Shown: piece by piece, positions 18,838-29,111 of the stretch | How positions within the stretch are numbered: the first letter of the stretch is position 1 | Layout: every line of letters begins with the position of its first letter | Assembly: GCA_035277905.1 (NCBI GenBank) | Contig: DATEJO010000036.1 | Location: 8,638 to 72,637 of the forward strand | Direction: 5' to 3' | Source: Candidatus Sulfotelmatobacter sp. | GTDB taxonomy: Bacteria > Acidobacteriota > Terriglobia > Terriglobales > Acidobacteriaceae | Length of the DNA stretch: 64,000 nt | Position numbers and translations under genes: made by a program | Notes under the pieces: generated by a model | Databases searched by the model: none | What the model was told of the DNA's origin: nothing | The model's input: only the letters and a program-made list of their open reading frames with translations

Positions 18838-19587
18838 ATGACACACTACGGTACTTTGAAGGACAGTCCCGTCGCCAAATGGGGCGAAGATATTCGCGGC
18901 TCACATCTTTATGGGGTCAACGACGAAAAATTAGGAAAAATAGAAGATGTCATCTTCGATCACTCTACCGGAGATATCCGTTACGTTGTGGTGGATACAG
19001 GCGGATGGCTGAGCAGCAAGAAGTTTATGGTCCCTGCCGATGCGCTGCGACCTTCCGCAAAGCACAAGGATGATTTCGAAGCGAGCCTGACCAAGAAGCA
19101 GATCGAGAATCTCCCAGCTTATAACGAATCTCATCTGGAATCCGAGAGCAAGTGGTCGAACTATGAACGAAGCTACCGGTCAAAGTGGGTTGCAGATCCA
19201 GTCATGCACCGGGAGGCCACAGATCGCAATATAACTCCAACAGCTCTCCAGGAATCGGGCAATATCGAATCGGAGCGAGCTGCCGCTCAGGCGCATGGAA
19301 GGCCCGTGCCGAAGATGTCTCCGGCGTCAACGCGGGTTAATACGAACTCGGAAGCTGAGGCGGATATCGAGGCCGCGGAATCTCCGACGGAACGCATCAT
19401 TCCCGCTGGTACCGATGCTGTGGTGATTAGCACCAGTGCATCTGGAATTGGCGACCGGTGGGACACATTCCAGAGCCTGCTGAGGGAGCGACGCAAAGAA
19501 GCGGTCGCGACTTGTCATACCTGCACTGGCGAGTCGGCGGAGCGGCGCGGAACAGAAAGCACCGACACGCTCAGGAAGGCTGTCTAG
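18838..19587 (+). CDS. PRC-barrel domain protein
   Basis: N-terminal ...LYGVNDEKLGKIEDVIFDHSTGDIRYVVVDTGGWLSSKKFMVPADAL is a PRC-barrel signature. An AAGGAG RBS lies upstream. The C-terminal half is low-complexity. Confidence 0.8.
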   Translation: MTHYGTLKDSPVAKWGEDIRGSHLYGVNDEKLGKIEDVIFDHSTGDIRYVVVDTGGWLSSKKFMVPADALRPSAKHKDDFEASLTKKQIENLPAYNESHLESESKWSNYERSYRSKWVADPVMHREATDRNITPTALQESGNIESERAAAQAHGRPVPKMSPASTRVNTNSEAEADIEAAESPTERIIPAGTDAVVISTSASGIGDRWDTFQSLLRERRKEAVATCHTCTGESAERRGTESTDTLRKAV

Positions 19588-19629
19588 ATACTGTCCAAGC
19601 CCCGGGGAATAGACAACAAAGCCGGGGCC

Positions 19630-19845
19630 TTGGACGATCTGGTTTACAAACGCTGGAACACTTGGACGCTGACCTTGATCGCAGGAAACCCACGTGCGGG
19701 CCGAAGGATCCTCACCATAGCATTCGCCGTGGTGGTAGTAGTGCTTTTCGCAGCTGCACTACTGGCCCTTCGTAAAAAGACATCCCCACAGAATGTTCCC
19801 CCCTTGCACCCGTCCATCCTGGTGGTGAACGCGCCCGTTCTCTGA
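19630..19845 (+). CDS. Possible small single-pass membrane protein (TTG start)
   Basis: 71-aa ORF with one strongly hydrophobic helix (ILTIAFAVVVVVLFAAALLAL). No RBS or family was recognised. Confidence 0.25.
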   Translation: MDDLVYKRWNTWTLTLIAGNPRAGRRILTIAFAVVVVVLFAAALLALRKKTSPQNVPPLHPSILVVNAPVL

Positions 19846-19870
19846 AACAACGGCAATCCGTGGCTGGCTA

Positions 19871-20113
19871 TTATCTGGAGGGAGACACTTTCCAAAGCTG
19901 CGCTAACGCTTTCGCTGCGTCCGAGAGAGCTCGCTTCTCAGCGCTAAGATACGACTCTGAAGACCCCGTGCCCGCCCGCTGAACAATTGGCGTTCGATAG
20001 CGAGACGCCTTGCCGGTCAGACCCGCTCCATAGATGTCGTGTACTGCGCTTTCAAATGCGCGCTTCAGCTGTTTATCGACAGGGATCGTTCTTTCGGGAG
20101 TTTTGTTTGTCAT
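19871..20113 (-). CDS. Hypothetical small protein
   Basis: 80-aa ORF with an ATG start and no recognised family. It lies in a comparatively AT-rich stretch. Confidence 0.35.
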   Translation of the reverse strand: MTNKTPERTIPVDKQLKRAFESAVHDIYGAGLTGKASRYRTPIVQRAGTGSSESYLSAEKRALSDAAKALAQLWKVSPSR

Positions 20114-20259
20114 ATGAGGAGAACTCTACTTTTTTCTCGACCACTAGTCGCAATGTAAGATGTCTTCTTTTGCTCAACAATACAGGGATGCACGCAACCT
20201 CGAAATCTCGGTTGCCTAGGAATTCCTTAGCGGACGCGGAAATCCGTACGGGGAAAAAT

Positions 20260-20520
20260 CTATGCAGCCTTCGGTTCGGAAATAACGCAGTTGCGCAAGG
20301 CACGCAGCGCATAAAGCGCGTCGTCTAAGCCCTGATCTTCTTCAATGTGATCGGTGATGTCGAAGAAGAGTTCCTTCACCCGAGCAAGGATCGCGCGTTC
20401 CGCTTCGGCTATTCGCAGTGGCACCTTTTCGCGGTCGGTTTCAAACAGAGCGGCTTCGTAGAGAATTCGCCAGCTCCTGGAGCCAGACTTCGAAGTCGGT
20501 GCAGAACTACCATCATTCAT
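20260..20520 (-). CDS. Hypothetical small helical protein
   Basis: 86-aa ORF. The pattern ...ILYEAALFETDREKVPLRIAEAERAILARVKEL...DDALYALRALR resembles small conserved hypothetical proteins I recall from Acidobacteria. Confidence 0.5.
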   Translation of the reverse strand: MNDGSSAPTSKSGSRSWRILYEAALFETDREKVPLRIAEAERAILARVKELFFDITDHIEEDQGLDDALYALRALRNCVISEPKAA

Positions 20521-20694
20521 ACGGGAAATCCTTCAGAGCGAATACAGCTTGGAGCGGAGAAGACTTGCGAACATTCAACGTGAGGAAGCTACCGTTCTGA
20601 GCATCCTCTTCCCATACCGTGATTTTGGTATTTTCCGCAAGAAAGCTTGGGATTACGAAAAAAAATGTGGAAGGGCTGGCACCCTTCCACGTCT

Positions 20695-21270
20695 CTACGC
20701 GGCTCGCTTGGGCGAATGCCTGCCAGATGTCCGTGAGTGCCGTGTTCCCTCTTCGCCTTCCTCTGCACCGATCTCACTGTCTTCTTCTGCCTGCGAATTT
20801 ATGTTCTCCGAGAGTTGGGTCAGCTTCTGGTCCGCGGATTTTTCCTCGTCGAGAGTCTGTTCAATCAGGGAAATGTGCTCCTGTTCGCCCAGCAGTTCCG
20901 CAAACGCCTTTACGGTTCCGTAGCCGGCGATCTCATAGTGCTCCACGCGTTGGGCCGCACCAATGACGGCTGCGTCCATAACGGCGTCTTCGTATTCCTC
21001 ACGCATAGTCTCCGCTGCTTCTTTGACCAGTCCTTCCATTCCCAGACATTTCTTGCCCGTGGGTTTCTCGTCCAGACTTTCAAAGATTTGTTCCAGCCTC
21101 GAAACCTGTTCCGATGTCTGGCGCAGATGCTCTTCAAATGCCTGACGCAGCTCGGCGTTAGATGAGGCCTTCGCCATCTTCGGGAGCGCTTTCACCAGTT
21201 GAGTTTCGGCGTTGTATAAATCTCGCAGTTCGTCGATATAGAGCCGCCGCAACGAATCGTTCTGCATCAC
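20695..21270 (-). CDS. Ferritin-like DUF892 (YciE/YciF) stress protein with acidic C-terminal tail
   Basis: LYIDELRDLYNAETQLVKALPKMAKASSNAELRQAFEEHLRQTSEQVSRLEQIF and RVEHYEIAGYGT are hallmark DUF892 motifs. Confidence 0.85.
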   Translation of the reverse strand: MMQNDSLRRLYIDELRDLYNAETQLVKALPKMAKASSNAELRQAFEEHLRQTSEQVSRLEQIFESLDEKPTGKKCLGMEGLVKEAAETMREEYEDAVMDAAVIGAAQRVEHYEIAGYGTVKAFAELLGEQEHISLIEQTLDEEKSADQKLTQLSENINSQAEEDSEIGAEEGEEGTRHSRTSGRHSPKRAA

Positions 21271-21383
21271 ATGCCTCCTTTGTTTTCCAGCGACCGAGCG
21301 GAGGATGATTCAATGGCCACACTCTGAACGGTATTTTTTTCAAGCCGCCGCCCACAATACCCCAGATTCTGTACGGCAATAGG

Positions 21384-23012
21384 CTATTTGTCTTCAGCTT
21401 CCATCGTCCCCTCAGCATTTCTCTCGGAGTCGTTATCTTTCGAATGAAAATCGAGGCCAAAATGGGGCTCGGATTGGGTGCCCGTAATCTTGAATGGCAC
21501 CTCCGTACCGTACCCATTCTTGCTAAGGAATGGATCTACGGCTTTTAGAAGGAGGGATTTCCAGCCGGTGGTCATCTGAGAGACCTTGGCGTTGAGCTGA
21601 AGTTTTCCGTGAAAATCGAAGGTCTTCCCGTCGAGGCTGTAATTGCCGCTGACCTTCGCGCGCGTGCCTGGCACTTCGAACCGAAGGGAGGAAAAGGAAA
21701 GCAGGCCTTGTTGAAGTTGGAAATCGCCGCTCAAGTCTGAGCCAACTTTGATCGTCGCGGCTTGCGGCACAAGCTTCGGTTCGCCAAGGGTTCGCAGGCT
21801 TAAGGCGTCGATTCGGGTCTGGAGCTTTTCATTCGTGAAATGAGCAGAGGGGAGATGAAAGTTGCCGGAAAGCCTGAGCCTATCCGACACATCGGCTTCT
21901 CCGGGCGGTAGGCTCAAGCGGGCATTCATTTCAACCCGGCCAGTCATGATGGGCGGCTCAGTGCGCACTCCTAGTTGCAGTAAATCCTGAATCCTGGCAT
22001 TGCCCAGAGTCACCTTGAGTTCAATGTCGTGGCCGTGCGGACTGCTTGTGCGCACAACTCTTCCGACGGCTGTGAAAGATGAATCGAGGACTCGCGCGTT
22101 TACCGGATCGAGATACGTATCGCCGTCCGTGCCATCCACAATCGCGTGAAACTGCGTGTGCAGCGGCACGTCATGGCCCGTAACGGCGAGGTGGAAATCC
22201 GGCGTGTCAGTCTCGCCCGTGACTTCGATACGCCCGAGCGTCCCGCCGTACCGGCCTGTTGACGAGAGGATACCTCCAATTCCCTTCAGAGTAGAAAGAT
22301 CTGCATGATTGAACGAATACTCACCCTCGACGGCCGAGTTGCGGGGATCCGTTTCGTTCAGAGGGCCGAAATAGCCCGTGGAATGGATGTTTCCCACCGG
22401 TTTCGGATTGATCAAGTTTGCATCAAATTGCAGCGGCCGAGCGGGCCCGATGTCTCTCATCTGCAACCGGCTGATGTCGAACTCGAGTGGCGCTTTGCCA
22501 GCCTTATCGGTATTGACGATCAGTTTCGTATCCATGCAGAGAAAATGGCTTACAAAGATGCTCATCTTCCCGCCACGCCGCCGCAATTTGGTCATCTCCG
22601 CACGGTCGTTCTTAGGCGGTATATTCATCGTGAGGCCGCTGATGAAAACTGTGTTGACGTACATCGGCTCACGGAACAGATTGCGCAATGCGGTTTGAAA
22701 ACGAAATGAGCGGACTGCAATCAGCGGTTGGATTCCGCTTTCCGATGGGTTGGGATCGGTCGCGCCAAAGATCTTAAGACCCTTGCCCTCTACATTGATG
22801 CCGTTTTCGATCCAGACGTGAAGTTCGGCCAGATCGACCCGGCTGTGAAAGCGGGTGGAGAGCGTTTCAATAACCCGGGTCCGAAGAATCGGCTCAGCCC
22901 GAACTATCACGATCCGAACAGAAATGCCGACAAGCGCAAAAATGCCAATGCTGATTCCGAGGAACCACTTCCATCTGCTGGATAAAGTGCGCAACGGCAT
23001 CAGTCCGTCCAA
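21384..23012 (-). CDS. AsmA-like / DUF748-like membrane-anchored beta-rich protein
   Basis: 542 aa with an N-terminal TM anchor (WFLGISIGIFALVGISV) followed by a long beta-rich region. The family assignment is from recollection only. The start is either the TTG at 23012 or the ATG at 23000. Confidence 0.6.
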   Translation of the reverse strand: MDGLMPLRTLSSRWKWFLGISIGIFALVGISVRIVIVRAEPILRTRVIETLSTRFHSRVDLAELHVWIENGINVEGKGLKIFGATDPNPSESGIQPLIAVRSFRFQTALRNLFREPMYVNTVFISGLTMNIPPKNDRAEMTKLRRRGGKMSIFVSHFLCMDTKLIVNTDKAGKAPLEFDISRLQMRDIGPARPLQFDANLINPKPVGNIHSTGYFGPLNETDPRNSAVEGEYSFNHADLSTLKGIGGILSSTGRYGGTLGRIEVTGETDTPDFHLAVTGHDVPLHTQFHAIVDGTDGDTYLDPVNARVLDSSFTAVGRVVRTSSPHGHDIELKVTLGNARIQDLLQLGVRTEPPIMTGRVEMNARLSLPPGEADVSDRLRLSGNFHLPSAHFTNEKLQTRIDALSLRTLGEPKLVPQAATIKVGSDLSGDFQLQQGLLSFSSLRFEVPGTRAKVSGNYSLDGKTFDFHGKLQLNAKVSQMTTGWKSLLLKAVDPFLSKNGYGTEVPFKITGTQSEPHFGLDFHSKDNDSERNAEGTMEAEDK

Positions 23013-23111
23013 GCGTGAGATTGCTGTGCGGAGTTGAAGAACAATCTCAATATCTAGGACAGAACCTTAGCCCGGAATCGGGTCTTTCCTGCATGCCTCG
23101 GCGAATGATGG

Positions 23112-26100
23112 TCAGAAGCCGTATCTCGCAACGATTTTCTTCGCTTCTTTCCCAATCACCGCGAGCGCCGCGTGTTGCGAGGGCAGAGTGAAAGATATTG
23201 GGACCCCGGTCTCGCGATCGCGAACTTTAATCGCCGCGTCATCTGCCGAGTCCGAGACGAAGACATAAAGCATGGCATCTGCCAATTCGGTGGGAAATAC
23301 CAAAATACCCGGAGGCACCGGGGTTTGCGTCGTAAACATAGGGCTCAGGTCCACGCGCGCTGCAACGTACGCGTAGAGGTCTGCTGTGGACTGGAGGTCC
23401 TCACTGAGTTCCACAGGGTAAGCAGCCCAGAAGATTCGACCTTTGCCGCGGGAGATTTCCCGGAAGGTCGAGCCATCGTCGAATCGCAAAGACTCAAGCC
23501 AGTTTTGTTGTTGCTGACCGAAAACGAGAGGGATCGATCGATCGCCGACTAGGATCGCCGCATTGTGATAAACGAGCGGTTCGAGATGAACTTGGAGTCC
23601 TGCGTTCGCCGATCGATGGACGATTTGCCAGTGGTCGTCATGATCTACCGGACCGGTGATGAGTAGATTTCCACCCGCCTCGACGTACCTCATGAGCTCC
23701 TGCCATCCATCGTCGCTCAATGCCTGGGGAGAGGGGAGAATCGCCAGCTTTGGCGAGCCCAGCTTCTCGATCTGGTTCTCGGCAAGTATGTAAGGCGTAA
23801 CATGAACGGAATACGCCAGGGCGCGCACGGCACGCCGCTGGGCTTCCAATTGAAAGTCACCCATCACGGAATACTGCGTGGCCTGTGAAGTAACGATCGC
23901 AACTGGAGCTTGCTTTGGGTCTCGAAGGTGATCCTGCAAGACCGGAGCAAATCGGCCAAATGCGCGCAGCAACAGCGCCTCAGGCTTCTCGGTGTAATCG
24001 GTCCGCACGGCTCCGATCGGAGTTTCGTTGCTCTCGGTCATGTAGGAATTCGTGTTCCACAACCACTCGATCGCTCCCGAGCCCTGAATGAATGATGACG
24101 CAATTTTCCGTTCGAGAAGAGCAGCCTCATTATCGGGACTGCGCCGTGCAGTTTCGTCGAGATTCAATCCGCGTTGCAGCCCGGTTTCCTGGATCAGCAT
24201 CGCTTCGCCCGGCTGCTTGGCCGCCAACGAATCCCATAAGAGGTAGTCGTCTTGCCACCAGGAATGATTAGTCGTGAAATCCACCTCCGGTCCCCAGAAC
24301 GCCGGCGATAACCGATCCTGAATTCCACCTTCATCCTGACCTACCGTAACCAGTTGTTGAGATCCGGCTGCGCGAATCGTCTCACGCATAGTACGAACCC
24401 ACTTCGCGAACATTTCCTGCGCGAAAAGATAGTAGTCGTGAACCCGTAACGAGTTCGTACCGGTGTACATTCCTCGTGCTGCGAACTCATCGTCTGACGG
24501 AAGAGGAACGGTCCCGCTGACGGAACCGTAAGGAACGTTCCACAGTGCTACCAGCTTTGCTTTGTCCGGATAGCGTTGGTTCAGCCAAGCATTCCACTCG
24601 GCCAATTCGATGGGATCGCCGTTGGGACGCATCGTCCACAAATGTTGCGAGAAGCTCGGCTCGTTGATCAGATCCCAGGCAAGATATGGCACATCGTGAA
24701 AACGCGCGACGACGGCGGAAATCAGAGTTTGCTGCCTGCGAACCGCCTCCGGATCGAGGAAGGCATTCTGGCCTCCCAGCACGTCGGGAAGAAACGCAAA
24801 GAAGTTGAATTGCACCGGCAGGTCGTACTTGCGTGCGGTCATCAGATACGCTTCGAGCGTCCGCAGCGTACGTTCATAAGGCTGGCCGTTTTCGTCGCAG
24901 AATTTATCCCAACCCGTCCACCAGCCGGTGCGGATCATATTCAGCCCGGCATCGTGAATCTGGGCCAGATCCTGGTTCCATACGTAAACGTTTGGATGTT
25001 CGAAGAACAAGCGCTGCACTTCGCTTGACATGTATGTCGTGCCGATAACTGCGAGTGGATGCCCATCGAGTTCAAAGTAATCGTGGTTGACGCTCAACCG
25101 GGGGCCGGAGCGGAGATAGTCTTCGTCGCGAATCCAGAACCCGGAGTGATAGATCGCACGCTCACGACCTCCATCCATCAGTTTCGCCTCTGCGACAAAA
25201 AGCCCCCTGCCGCTTGGCGGTGGAATAACAACAGGCGCATTCGCGGGGATAGCCGCAGTCACGGTCGAAGCCCTGCCCGGCTGAGATTCCGGATAGATTT
25301 TGATTGTTACCGTGCCCGGATTTGCAAGCGCCGTGGCGGCATGCCAAGCGACCTGAAACTCGACTGGCTCTCCCGGCAAATACAATGGCAGGACAGGTCG
25401 CACCGTGAATTCTTCTTCTCCCTGCATCGCTCGTTGAGCGAGAGACTTGACCAGAGTGGAGTTCTCGAAGAAGTCCGAGGAAAGGTCCCCGTTCACGAAG
25501 ACCCAGCGCCCTCCGTCGAAGCCATTTCGATAATGATCGACTTGAATCGCCGGAGCGGAGAGCTTGATTCCATCCTTAACGCCCCACGCTAGCGAATCGA
25601 GCCTGGCATCAATCGAGCCTGCCGAACCTCCGCGATGGTAGAGATCGACAGCGCTGAGACGGATCACCGGGCTGAAAGCGCGCTTCCAGCGGAATGGGCT
25701 GATCTGAAAAGTTAACTCGGGATTCGCTCCAAACTTCAGGCCGTCGGAGCCCGGAGTCTCCTGATACTGGTCGATCATCAGGGGCCGTATGAATCGCACG
25801 CTATATTCGCGGAGGTGCCAACCGGAACCGTCGCGATAGGCGGCCCGCGTGAATGGCCTTCCGCCCAGCACCAGCAGGTTGCCGCCACGATTCAAAAACT
25901 GCTTGATGGCGGGCCAGCACGCTTCGGGAAAAGCTGAGCCGTAGGGCAAAACCAAAAGGCGGGCGGCGTTTCCCGCCAAGGCTCCGCTCAGATGATCGGC
26001 GTCTGCAAAGCTTGCCCCTGAGAATATTGACTCCAATTGCTGGTATGAGGGCGTAACCGAGTCGGCGGCTGGGAATCCGGCCTCGCCGAAAACAACTACA

Positions 26101-26183
26101 GTGCTGTTTTTTTCTTGCGCGAACAGTGCAGGAATGACAAACAGGAAGAGGCACGCAACCACACAGACCAAGACCTTGGACAT
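23112..26183 (-). CDS. Large secreted glycoside hydrolase (TIM-barrel clan GH-A core, GH5/GH42-like) with extra domains
   Basis: The core is ...LNMIRTGWWTGWDKF...LPVQFNFFAF...YLAWDLINEPSF (NEP acid/base motif). The start at the ATG at 26181-26183 (MSKVLVCVVACLFLFVIPALFAQE signal peptide) is preferred to the ORF-track start at 26294. Confidence 0.75.
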   Translation of the reverse strand: MSKVLVCVVACLFLFVIPALFAQEKNSTVVVFGEAGFPAADSVTPSYQQLESIFSGASFADADHLSGALAGNAARLLVLPYGSAFPEACWPAIKQFLNRGGNLLVLGGRPFTRAAYRDGSGWHLREYSVRFIRPLMIDQYQETPGSDGLKFGANPELTFQISPFRWKRAFSPVIRLSAVDLYHRGGSAGSIDARLDSLAWGVKDGIKLSAPAIQVDHYRNGFDGGRWVFVNGDLSSDFFENSTLVKSLAQRAMQGEEEFTVRPVLPLYLPGEPVEFQVAWHAATALANPGTVTIKIYPESQPGRASTVTAAIPANAPVVIPPPSGRGLFVAEAKLMDGGRERAIYHSGFWIRDEDYLRSGPRLSVNHDYFELDGHPLAVIGTTYMSSEVQRLFFEHPNVYVWNQDLAQIHDAGLNMIRTGWWTGWDKFCDENGQPYERTLRTLEAYLMTARKYDLPVQFNFFAFLPDVLGGQNAFLDPEAVRRQQTLISAVVARFHDVPYLAWDLINEPSFSQHLWTMRPNGDPIELAEWNAWLNQRYPDKAKLVALWNVPYGSVSGTVPLPSDDEFAARGMYTGTNSLRVHDYYLFAQEMFAKWVRTMRETIRAAGSQQLVTVGQDEGGIQDRLSPAFWGPEVDFTTNHSWWQDDYLLWDSLAAKQPGEAMLIQETGLQRGLNLDETARRSPDNEAALLERKIASSFIQGSGAIEWLWNTNSYMTESNETPIGAVRTDYTEKPEALLLRAFGRFAPVLQDHLRDPKQAPVAIVTSQATQYSVMGDFQLEAQRRAVRALAYSVHVTPYILAENQIEKLGSPKLAILPSPQALSDDGWQELMRYVEAGGNLLITGPVDHDDHWQIVHRSANAGLQVHLEPLVYHNAAILVGDRSIPLVFGQQQQNWLESLRFDDGSTFREISRGKGRIFWAAYPVELSEDLQSTADLYAYVAARVDLSPMFTTQTPVPPGILVFPTELADAMLYVFVSDSADDAAIKVRDRETGVPISFTLPSQHAALAVIGKEAKKIVARYGF

Positions 26184-26382
26184 GGGTAGACCTGCGAAAA
26201 TGATGGCGATTGGAATCGAGTGAAGTGTCCGGCAAGCCAGAAGTAATGTCAAGCTAGAGAATCGATTTTGTAGAGGCCGTATCCGCGTTCGCACCGAAGA
26301 AAAACAAGCAGAATCAAGGGTCGCCGATGTATGATGACGGCGTTAATGTCATTTATAGCGCTCCAAGGATGAACTAATAACC

Positions 26383-27912
26383 ATGGCCATAACAGCCCCC
26401 AATACGACAACAACCAGCAGCGCGCCGTCTCCCCCGGGCCAGAGTTACACCGCTCCGTTGGCGACAGTGACGACGCTGTTCTTCATGTGGGGATTCCTCA
26501 CCTGCCTGAACGACATTCTGGTGCCGCACCTGAAATCGATTTTTGACCTGAACTACGCTCAAATAATGCTGATCAACTCCGCGTTCTTTGGAGCGTATTT
26601 TGTCTTCTCCATCCCGTCGGCCAAGGTCATCGACTGGATCGGCTACAAGCGGTCGATGGTTGTTGGTTTGCTTACTATGGGTGCGGGCGCATTTCTGTTC
26701 GTTCCGGCGGCCAGCATTCCTTCGTATCCGTTATTCCTGGGAGCGCTGATTGTTCTGGCTGCGGGCATTACTTGCTTGCAGGTAGCCGCGAATCCCTACG
26801 TCACGGTATTGGGGAAGCCTGAGACCGCTTCAAGTCGCCTCAATCTCACTCAGGCGTTCAACTCTTTGGGAACCTTCCTCGCGCCCTTCTTTGGGAGCTT
26901 GTTCATTCTTAGCGCCGCGCCAAAAACGATTGCCGAGATCCGTGCGCTCGCACCGGACGCGCTCCAAGCATACCGACTGCATGAGGCTGCTACGGTAAAG
27001 ACTCCCTATGTTGGATTGGGAGTTGCTCTCGTGGTTCTGGCGATCGCGATTGGCAGTTTCAAATTACCGAAGATTAAGCATGCACAACACCAACTGGGAG
27101 AGAAGGTGAGCGATTCCGTCTGGCGACATCCGAATCTGATTTTCGGTGCGATCGCGATCTTCGTTTACGTGGGAGCTGAAGTTTCCATCGGCAGCTTTCT
27201 TGTGAACTATTTCAGCCAATCCGAAATCGCTGGGCTTGCTGAAAAATTGGGCGCAAGTTTCGTAGCGTTCTACTGGGGCGGCGCAATGCTGGGCAGATTC
27301 ATCGGCTCGAGTTTTCTCGCTGGTGCCAAAGCGAAGTACATGGGTCTGGTCACAGCTATCAGCATTGCGTTGATCCTGTTGTCCTATCCGATTGAGAGCC
27401 ATATGCCTCCCGCATACCAACCGGGATTGCCGAATCTAACGTGGCTCGCGTGGCTGGTAGTAGCGGGACGTCCCTTGTTCATGTTGGTTGCTGTAGCGAC
27501 GGCAGCCATCGCGGTGGTGGCGCTGCTCCGTGGAGGCAGTGCGAAAGCAAATACCGGGATATTACTTGGTGTTTGCGCGATCTCAACGAGCATCCTCGTG
27601 GCGATATCAATGTTGAGCACCGGGCACCTCGCAATGTGGAGCATCATCCTGGTGGGATTCTTCAATTCGATCATGTTCCCGAGTATCTTCACGCTTGGAG
27701 TGGCGGAACTCGGTCCCCTGACTGGCGATGGATCCGGAATCATGATTATGGCGATCGTCGGAGGAGCGATCATTCCGGTTGCACAAGGCTGGATCGCGGA
27801 CCATATTGGCATCCATCACGCATTCTTTCTTCCAGTGATCTGTTATCTGTACATTCTGTTCTTCGCGTTGAGTGGTTCGAAGCCCAACAGCGAGCGTTAC
27901 GCCAAAGCATGA
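26383..27912 (+). CDS. MFS sugar:H+ symporter of the glucose/galactose-fucose (GluP/FucP) type
   Basis: TTLFFMWGFLTCLNDILVPHLKSIFDLNYAQIMLINSAFFGAYF is the characteristic FucP/GluP N-terminal motif. It has 12 or more TM segments. Confidence 0.85.
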   Translation: MAITAPNTTTTSSAPSPPGQSYTAPLATVTTLFFMWGFLTCLNDILVPHLKSIFDLNYAQIMLINSAFFGAYFVFSIPSAKVIDWIGYKRSMVVGLLTMGAGAFLFVPAASIPSYPLFLGALIVLAAGITCLQVAANPYVTVLGKPETASSRLNLTQAFNSLGTFLAPFFGSLFILSAAPKTIAEIRALAPDALQAYRLHEAATVKTPYVGLGVALVVLAIAIGSFKLPKIKHAQHQLGEKVSDSVWRHPNLIFGAIAIFVYVGAEVSIGSFLVNYFSQSEIAGLAEKLGASFVAFYWGGAMLGRFIGSSFLAGAKAKYMGLVTAISIALILLSYPIESHMPPAYQPGLPNLTWLAWLVVAGRPLFMLVAVATAAIAVVALLRGGSAKANTGILLGVCAISTSILVAISMLSTGHLAMWSIILVGFFNSIMFPSIFTLGVAELGPLTGDGSGIMIMAIVGGAIIPVAQGWIADHIGIHHAFFLPVICYLYILFFALSGSKPNSERYAKA

Positions 27913-28039
27913 GGGGTGAACGCCCTAAGCCGGCGCGAGTTGTCAAGACAATAGCGTGTGCCAAATCACTGACAAATAGTGCGGCTCTGATAAAATCTCC
28001 TTGCTTCAAGTTGAGGGAATTAAAACGATTTACGACCCT

Positions 28040-29086
28040 ATGGTTCAGGTAAAAAAGCCGGACCAAAAACCAGAAGTAGTCACGCTCAAGGCAGTCGCCC
28101 AGTATTTGGGCCTCACCCCCGGAACAGTCTCCGCGGTGCTCAACGACTCGCCGTCCGCCCGTTCGATTCCTCAGCAAACCAAGAATCGAATTCGCGCCGC
28201 CGCCAAGGAGCTGAATTACCGGCCGAATTTTTTTGCGCGCACCCTCCGCAACAAGCGCACCTATACGATTGGCGTAATCGCGGAAGAGATTGGCGACTCC
28301 TATAGTTCTCCGATCATCAGCGGAATCGAGCAATATCTCCGCAGCCGCAATTACTTCTTCCTGACCGTTGTGCACCGGCACGACCCGGTACTTCTGAATC
28401 GTTACGCACAGCTTCTCTCCGAGCGCGGCGTGGAAGGCATCATCACCGTCGACACAACCGTGGAAGAAGCGCCCATGCTGCCGACGGTTGCTATAGCGGG
28501 TCACAAGCGACTCAAGGGCGTCACGAACATTGTCCTTGACCACGAAAAAGCCGCCAACCTGGCTTTGAAGCATCTCAAAGATCTTTGTCATAAGCACATT
28601 GCTTTTATGAAAGGCAATCCGCTAAGCTCCGACGCGAAGGACCGATGGGAAGCGATTTGCCGTGTTGCGGCACAACTCGGCCTGCAGATTGATCCGGAAC
28701 TTACGGTCCAGATCGATTCAGACGATCCCACGCCCAAGCTGGGCTATCCATTTGCCAAACAACTTCTCTCGCGGGGGAAGCCCTTTACCGCCTTATTTGC
28801 TTACAACGACATTTCTGCGATCGGAGCCATCCGGGCATTCCAGGAACAAGGAGTGCGTGTGCCTCAGGATATTTCCGTCATTGGCTTTGACGATATTCCC
28901 GGGGCTTCTTTCCATACTCCCGGCCTGACGACGGTCCGGCAGCCTCTGAACCGCATGGGAGAAGTCGCGGCACAAAGTCTGCTCGAACGTATCGAGAACA
29001 TGAAGGAATGCACAGCAGAAATCGCGATTGAGCCCGAGTTGATCGTACGGGAATCCACGGGAAAAGCTCCGGGCGGGGCTTGCTAG
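28040..29086 (+). CDS. LacI-family transcriptional regulator
   Basis: The HTH VTLKAVAQYLGLTPGTVSAVLND...TKNRIRAAAKELNYRPN is followed by a periplasmic-binding-protein-like sugar-binding core. The ATG at 28040 is preferred to the TTG at 28001. Confidence 0.9.
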   Translation: MVQVKKPDQKPEVVTLKAVAQYLGLTPGTVSAVLNDSPSARSIPQQTKNRIRAAAKELNYRPNFFARTLRNKRTYTIGVIAEEIGDSYSSPIISGIEQYLRSRNYFFLTVVHRHDPVLLNRYAQLLSERGVEGIITVDTTVEEAPMLPTVAIAGHKRLKGVTNIVLDHEKAANLALKHLKDLCHKHIAFMKGNPLSSDAKDRWEAICRVAAQLGLQIDPELTVQIDSDDPTPKLGYPFAKQLLSRGKPFTALFAYNDISAIGAIRAFQEQGVRVPQDISVIGFDDIPGASFHTPGLTTVRQPLNRMGEVAAQSLLERIENMKECTAEIAIEPELIVRESTGKAPGGAC

Positions 29087-29111
29087 GCTCGGGCTCCTCT
29101 CAAATTGCGGC

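Noticed and set aside
26184-26294. A 37-codon N-terminal extension of the glycoside hydrolase ORF. Similar upstream extensions exist for the beta-helix gene (9658..9774), the LacI gene (28001..28039), the cupin (49489..49578) and panB (55391..55441).
   Set aside because: Internal starts give canonical signal peptides or N-termini, have better RBS spacing, or avoid overlap with neighbouring genes.
27940-27951. TTGTC-AA-GACAA inverted repeat as a LacI operator.
   Set aside because: It is too short, does not resemble the usual TGnAAnCGnTTnCA-type LacI-family operators, and is not repeated in the GH/symporter divergent promoter. It is mentioned only within the sugar-locus finding.
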